Source: a virus (lineage: Duplodnaviria > Heunggongvirae > Uroviricota > Caudoviricetes). From it: 10,234 bases of DNA. The notes under the pieces were generated by a model. It did not search any database. It had not been told where the DNA came from and saw only the letters and a list, made by a program, of their open reading frames with translations. How positions within the stretch are numbered: the first letter of the stretch is position 1; each line of letters starts with the position of its first letter. Made by a program: the position numbers and the translations under genes. The DNA lies in IMG/VR virus record IMGVR_UViG_2617271049_000013, positions 1 through 10,234 of that record; one strand, given 5' to 3'. Positions 6,549-10,234 of the stretch are shown one piece after another.

Positions 6549-7598
6549 TTAGTGTGTTTTTCCTTTTTTGAAACGATGCCTGAATAAATCTACTGGCCTT
6601 TCAACTGTGTAATATAAAAAAAATGAAAATACAATAGTGAAAAAGTATGTAATTGCTGTAGTCATTATTGAGCCATTGGGCACTGGTATACCTAATTTGG
6701 GGATGAAATACTGAATTGTAAGTAGGTGCGATACATAAACAGGATATGACAACATACCAATAAAATTATCGATGCTTGAGTTTTTTGTAAGGTGAAAGAT
6801 TTTCCCAATTAAAAGGGCGAAAGAAATTATTAAGATTATCTTTTTGACTTGATAGTGAAGAGGTATGAACGGGAAGGAAATAATAAATAATAGTATGAAA
6901 GCAATTCCAACTTCAGATACAAATTCATTGTTTCCTGATTCCTGATATGAATTATAATATTTATATGCCAGACTACCTATAAGAAAGATAGATAATTCGC
7001 TTGGGAAAAAACGATAAGTCCAAGGGTCAAATGAGAAGTCTTTCCCAATGAGGATGATTCTCACTAATTCCGAAGCAACGATTAGTAAAATGATAAATCT
7101 CGTACTTTTTTTTAAAATAAATGGTGCGAGCGTGTAAAATGTTAACTCAATTCCTAATGACCATCCTTGTGGTAACAATAATAACTTAAATAATGGTGGT
7201 GTACTATCACCATAAAATGAGACAAACGTTAATTCCCCGTGTTTAACGCCCAAAAACATTGCTATGTCCTGTAGGAATATTGTTGCATTTGTTAAAATTA
7301 AAAAAAAGGTAGCAGAAATAGGAAGTTTTGACAAATTTTCAGCGTAAGAATTGATACCATGAACCAATGTTAGAGACATTAATGCACAAATAATGTAAAG
7401 CGGATATAAACGAAGATATCTGCTTATCCAAAATTTTCCTTTTGTTTCATATGTAGAAATAATCATGGACATATAAAATCCAGATATGATATAAAAAATC
7501 TGAACAGCTGTTTCACCACCAACTAATTTCAATAGTTGATTGGAATTACAATGGGCGCCAACCACGGCTAAAGAAAGTAGTAGTCTGATAATTCCCAT
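6549..7598 (-). CDS. Acyltransferase family 3 integral membrane protein (Oac/OafA-like)
   Basis: 349-aa polytopic membrane ORF. Motifs characteristic of acyltransferase_3: GIIRLLLSLAVVGAH near the N-terminus, FYIISGFYMS, RYLRLYPLYI, and PQGWSLGIELTFY (WSL..E..FY). Strongly AT-rich. An in-frame TAG lies 4 codons upstream of the ATG and the RBS is weak. Confidence 0.8.
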   Translation of the reverse strand: MGIIRLLLSLAVVGAHCNSNQLLKLVGGETAVQIFYIISGFYMSMIISTYETKGKFWISRYLRLYPLYIICALMSLTLVHGINSYAENLSKLPISATFFLILTNATIFLQDIAMFLGVKHGELTFVSFYGDSTPPLFKLLLLPQGWSLGIELTFYTLAPFILKKSTRFIILLIVASELVRIILIGKDFSFDPWTYRFFPSELSIFLIGSLAYKYYNSYQESGNNEFVSEVGIAFILLFIISFPFIPLHYQVKKIILIISFALLIGKIFHLTKNSSIDNFIGMLSYPVYVSHLLTIQYFIPKLGIPVPNGSIMTTAITYFFTIVFSFFLYYTVERPVDLFRHRFKKGKTH

Positions 7599-7696
7599 AA
7601 CTAATCGCTAAGTAAATGATTATTCCGAGTTGGAATTATAACACTTATGAACGCGGTAAGATAGATGTCCAGGGTGGATAACCTCAGATTTAATGA

Positions 7697-7825
7697 ATTC
7701 TTTCGCTAGAGCATTGGGGCTATTCGGGCAGAACATTGCTTCAAGAAAGCGCTAATAAAGTGACGATTATCTATGATGTTGGCGTGTCAACTTTGTATAA
7801 GAGGTTGCCAGTAGGGGAGGAATAA
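7697..7825 (+). pseudogene. 3' remnant of a Pin/Gin/Hin-family serine DNA invertase (HTH domain only)
   Basis: Translation ends ...NKVTIIYDVGVSTLYKRLPVGEE*, matching the C-terminal HTH of Pin/Gin (…QKVAIIYDVGVSTLYKRFPAGDK). An in-frame TGA at 7694-7696 bounds it and no catalytic N-terminal domain is present. Confidence 0.6.
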
Positions 7826-7931
7826 GGTTAAAGACACTTTTTGTACAAAAGAGAATAAAACAACAGCAACTTGTTGCAATTTTATCAATACAAGTAGTAT
7901 TGTCGTAAGAAATTGATTAAAGATTAATATT

Positions 7932-8371
7932 ATGCATTTGTTTGATAATAATGGAATTGAACTGAAAGCTGAGTGTTCGATAGGTGAAGAGGATGGTGTT
8001 TATGGTCTATTCCTTGAGTCTTGGGGGGGGCGGGTGACAGAAACAAAGACTACAATATCGTTCTTGATTATATCATTAAACGGTTGGTGGATTCTGGTGT
8101 ATGCCAAGGAGATAGTATATCTGGCGTCATCATCAGTCAGAAAACACATGCATTCTTTGGATGAAAAAAATCCATCCTGGTGAATATTTTTAATTTGATT
8201 GGTAATAGCCCTCTCGATATACGCTTGAAGATGTGTGGTTATCAGGCTTATTTCAGTCGTACAGGTAGAAAGGAAATTCCTTCCGGCAACAGAACTAAAC
8301 GTATATTGATAAATGTCCCCGGTATTTATAGTGACAGTTTTTGGGCATCTATAATACATAGTTTTCTCTGA
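7932..8371 (+). pseudogene. Disrupted ORF with homopolymer tracts, in the mcrA-equivalent position
   Basis: ORF 7932-8183 (frame 0) and ORF 8180-8371 (frame 2) are contiguous and separated only by a frame change at an A7 tract (8164-8170). A G8 tract lies at 8023-8030. One extra A would fuse them into a ~146-codon ORF. The available space is too short for an intact 277-aa McrA. Confidence 0.4.
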
Positions 8372-8448
8372 TCTTAATTTCTGCAAATGTTAATTGCTAT
8401 TTTATGCTAAAAATGGTTATCAAAACTCAAAAACACATGTTTATAATC

Positions 8449-8485
8449 AATGAGTTATAGAAATGCTAAGAGCTAATGAGTTATA
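8449..8485 (+). repeat. Two direct copies of AATGAGTTATA, 26 bp apart, just inside the prophage from attR
   Basis: Exact 11-mers at 8449-8459 and 8475-8485, about 60-95 bp from the icdC boundary. Confidence 0.5.
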
Positions 8486-8543
8486 TGCAAATTAGTAAAA
8501 TTATGTTGCTATGTCAAATAGTTACGATTTAGTCATCTAACTA

Positions 8544-8708
8544 ATGTTACGCCATATGGGTTGGACTGAAGCCGCAGACCTGATTGTTAAAGGTATGGAA
8601 GGCGCAATCAACGCCAAGACTGTAACCTATGACTTCGAACGTCTGATGGAAGGCGCTAAATTGCTGAAATGTAGCGAGTTTGGCGACGCGATCATCAAAA
8701 ATATGTAA
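8544..8708 (+). pseudogene. icdC: Displaced 3' end of isocitrate dehydrogenase gene (icdC), the attR scar
   Basis: In-frame translation [54 protein letters not shown] is the C-terminus of Icd. It is 165 bp long with no upstream icd coding sequence. Confidence 0.9.
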
Positions 8709-8732
8709 TTACCACATGTATTAAATATTATA

Positions 8733-8766
8733 ACGGGCGTATAACACGCCCGTTGTTTTATTTATG
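8733..8766 (+). terminator. Rho-independent terminator (native icd terminator)
   Basis: ACGGGCGT (8733-8740), loop ATAAC, ACGCCCGT (8746-8753), then TGTTTTATTTATG. Confidence 0.75.
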
Positions 8767-8810
8767 TGGGTATTATTAATAGCACATCGAGCATATTTAT
8801 ATAAAACCTA

Positions 8811-9134
8811 TTACTTGAGCCCATATGGGCATATTTTTATAATACAACTCTTATGCAAACATTTATTTGTTATTTCGCTTTCTCCTGGAGGACACTCTTG
8901 ACTGCTTTTGAGTAAACTCCATAAATTCTTGTTGAATGGCGCAATGTTATAAATAGTAATAGGATATTCTTTATCCTTAAGGATAATACCAGGCTTAACC
9001 GGTGTAAATATACTTCCAGGAGGAAGAAATATAGTGGATTGATACCAGATGATCATTTTCATATCACCCCATATGGCTGAAAAAGATATGCCGCATGTAG
9101 GTTGAATTACCGTGTCAATTACTACCCACTTCAT
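8811..9134 (-). CDS. iraM: Anti-adaptor protein IraM (stabilises RpoS by blocking RssB)
   Basis: 107-aa [46 protein letters not shown]... matches the remembered IraM (YcgW) sequence and length. Position immediately downstream of icdC fits K-12 synteny. Confidence 0.8.
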   Translation of the reverse strand: MKWVVIDTVIQPTCGISFSAIWGDMKMIIWYQSTIFLPPGSIFTPVKPGIILKDKEYPITIYNIAPFNKNLWSLLKSSQECPPGESEITNKCLHKSCIIKICPYGLK

Positions 9135-9592
9135 TTGTTATGTCTTATCCCACGGTATTTAATATAGTTCATTTGGATGTTCATTTCTTTATTTTGCATA
9201 TGAGTATATTACCCCTTCAAAAAATAAATTAATTAAAACGATTGCTTATATAAAACAAAATTTAAAGCAAGGAATCTCAATGGATGTTAAACAAAATGAG
9301 ATTTAGTAAAAACAATAAATTATTCACTTCGTTTTAGATTTGTTTAGCTATAATGTTATACATTCAAATGACTGAACATCCTGTAATTAAAACATCGCCT
9401 TTATGCTACTTTGTGCCAATTTGCTAAACATTATGGTTGCCTTTTTATATAACGATAATAATGAATATAAGCATGACATGAGAATAAGGTTTCAATTTTT
9501 GAGTTTTATAGGAAAGGTTTAACCTGTTCCTGGCTAAAATACATATAACTGGATGATGACTAAACCAAAACACATGTGCGTTAAGTATTGAA

Positions 9593-9626
9593 ACGGGCGT
9601 ATGGCACGCCCGTTGGTTTTATAAAT
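9593..9626 (+). terminator. Second copy of the icd-terminator-like hairpin, in the iraM-ycgX intergenic region
   Basis: ACGGGCGT (9593-9600), loop ATGGC, ACGCCCGT (9606-9613), then TGGTTTTATAAAT. With its upstream CACATGT context it is about 80 percent identical to 8712-8766. Confidence 0.5.
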
Positions 9627-9829
9627 ATGTTAACCGTTATAAAATAACATATAGAAAGTCAAGTGATCACATTTCAAATATCAATTTGATAGTATTGGCC
9701 TGGTGATTATTTATGGGTAGCAATAAAAGGACAGTATTTATCATCCATAGGGATAGTCTCTGTACTTTTATTCCCATTATGCTAATGCCTTACTGAATTA
9801 TGAAGCATTTCTTAAGCATCCAACTTTAG

Positions 9830-10234
9830 CTAGATTAATGGTTTATTATTTTCTACATCTTCAATATATAAAAGCGTATTATCAATGGCGTAGTAACTGC
9901 GTTTGTTATGATTAACATCAGTAACCCAACGGAAAACGCCCGCGTCTGCCAGTGTTGAACAGTATTCCCGAAATGTAGATTTTCCGCAAATATGAAGCAA
10001 TGCGGCCTCTTTTATTTTAGCAGGGTTCTTGGTCGTACTAACTTTTAACAGGTTCCTGGTTCCTCTTAATAACAAAACCGTGTCATCGTGAGTAATAATT
10101 CTGATGTTATCCGTAGCCAGATAATAAATGTAATGTGCAATACGGTGATGTTTTAATTCTGAATAAAACCAGGAGAAGTTTTGCTCTTTTCTCACTTGCT
10201 CAAACATCTTTTGAAAAACAACGACCTGATCCAT
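9830..10234 (-). CDS. ycgX: YcgX-like protein of unknown function
   Basis: 134-aa ORF whose start coincides with the window end. Length and position after iraM match the remembered K-12 gene order (icdC-iraM-ycgX). Confidence 0.65.
   Translation of the reverse strand: MDQVVVFQKMFEQVRKEQNFSWFYSELKHHRIAHYIYYLATDNIRIITHDDTVLLLRGTRNLLKVSTTKNPAKIKEAALLHICGKSTFREYCSTLADAGVFRWVTDVNHNKRSYYAIDNTLLYIEDVENNKPLI

Larger units (their letters stand above)
1..8543. mobile_element. e14-like cryptic prophage remnant integrated at icd; left end lies outside the window
   Basis: Integrase/excisionase pair, Mu-like tail fragments, tail-fibre/assembly invertible cassette, pin remnant, and a duplicated icd 3' end (icdC) at 8544-8708 as the attR scar. 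The pin-(mcrA)-icdC-iraM-ycgX order matches the remembered K-12 e14 right end. Confidence 0.8.

Noticed and set aside
7670-7700. Possible gix-like site GGATAACC-TC-AGATTTAATGAA upstream of the pin remnant
   Set aside because: Weak match, and it would lie inside where the invertase coding region should be rather than upstream of it.
8000-8386. 128-aa ORF on the minus strand
   Set aside because: Antisense to the frameshift-disrupted plus-strand reading frame, which has a promoter-like region upstream and fits the pin-mcrA-icdC synteny direction. The minus-strand translation is Cys/Thr-rich and it terminates at the C8 tract. Considered a shadow ORF, although not rigorously excluded.
1-10234. 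CRISPR arrays, rRNA and tRNA genes, IS elements with terminal inverted repeats
   Set aside because: No regularly spaced direct repeats, no rRNA or tRNA-like conserved blocks, and no transposase-like ORFs were seen on either strand.

Overview
This window looks like the right-hand part of an e14-like cryptic prophage integrated at the 3' end of icd in an E. coli-like enterobacterial chromosome, followed by the core genes iraM and ycgX. The recognisable phage backbone is a lambda-type integrase and excisionase, an N-terminal fragment of a Mu gp43-like DNA circulation protein, a side-tail-fibre C-terminal region, two convergent tail-fibre-assembly genes arranged like a Pin/Gin-type invertible cassette, the 3' remnant of a pin-family invertase, and the displaced 165-bp icd 3' end (icdC) marking attR. 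The element is heavily decayed: no repressor, replication, head or lysis genes are visible, and a 10-N assembly gap sits at 4246-4255. The most interesting content is three AT-rich cargo loci: a 309-aa membrane-anchored ORF next to the integrase (the slot where K-12 e14 carries lit), a self-contained promoter-ORF-terminator unit encoding a 176-aa exported protein, and an acyltransferase-3 family membrane protein sitting where the pin invertase should be. A disrupted ORF with G8 and A7 homopolymer tracts occupies the mcrA-equivalent position. All assignments come from reading the supplied translations and the raw sequence plus remembered family features; no database search or structure prediction was possible, so product names are hypotheses.
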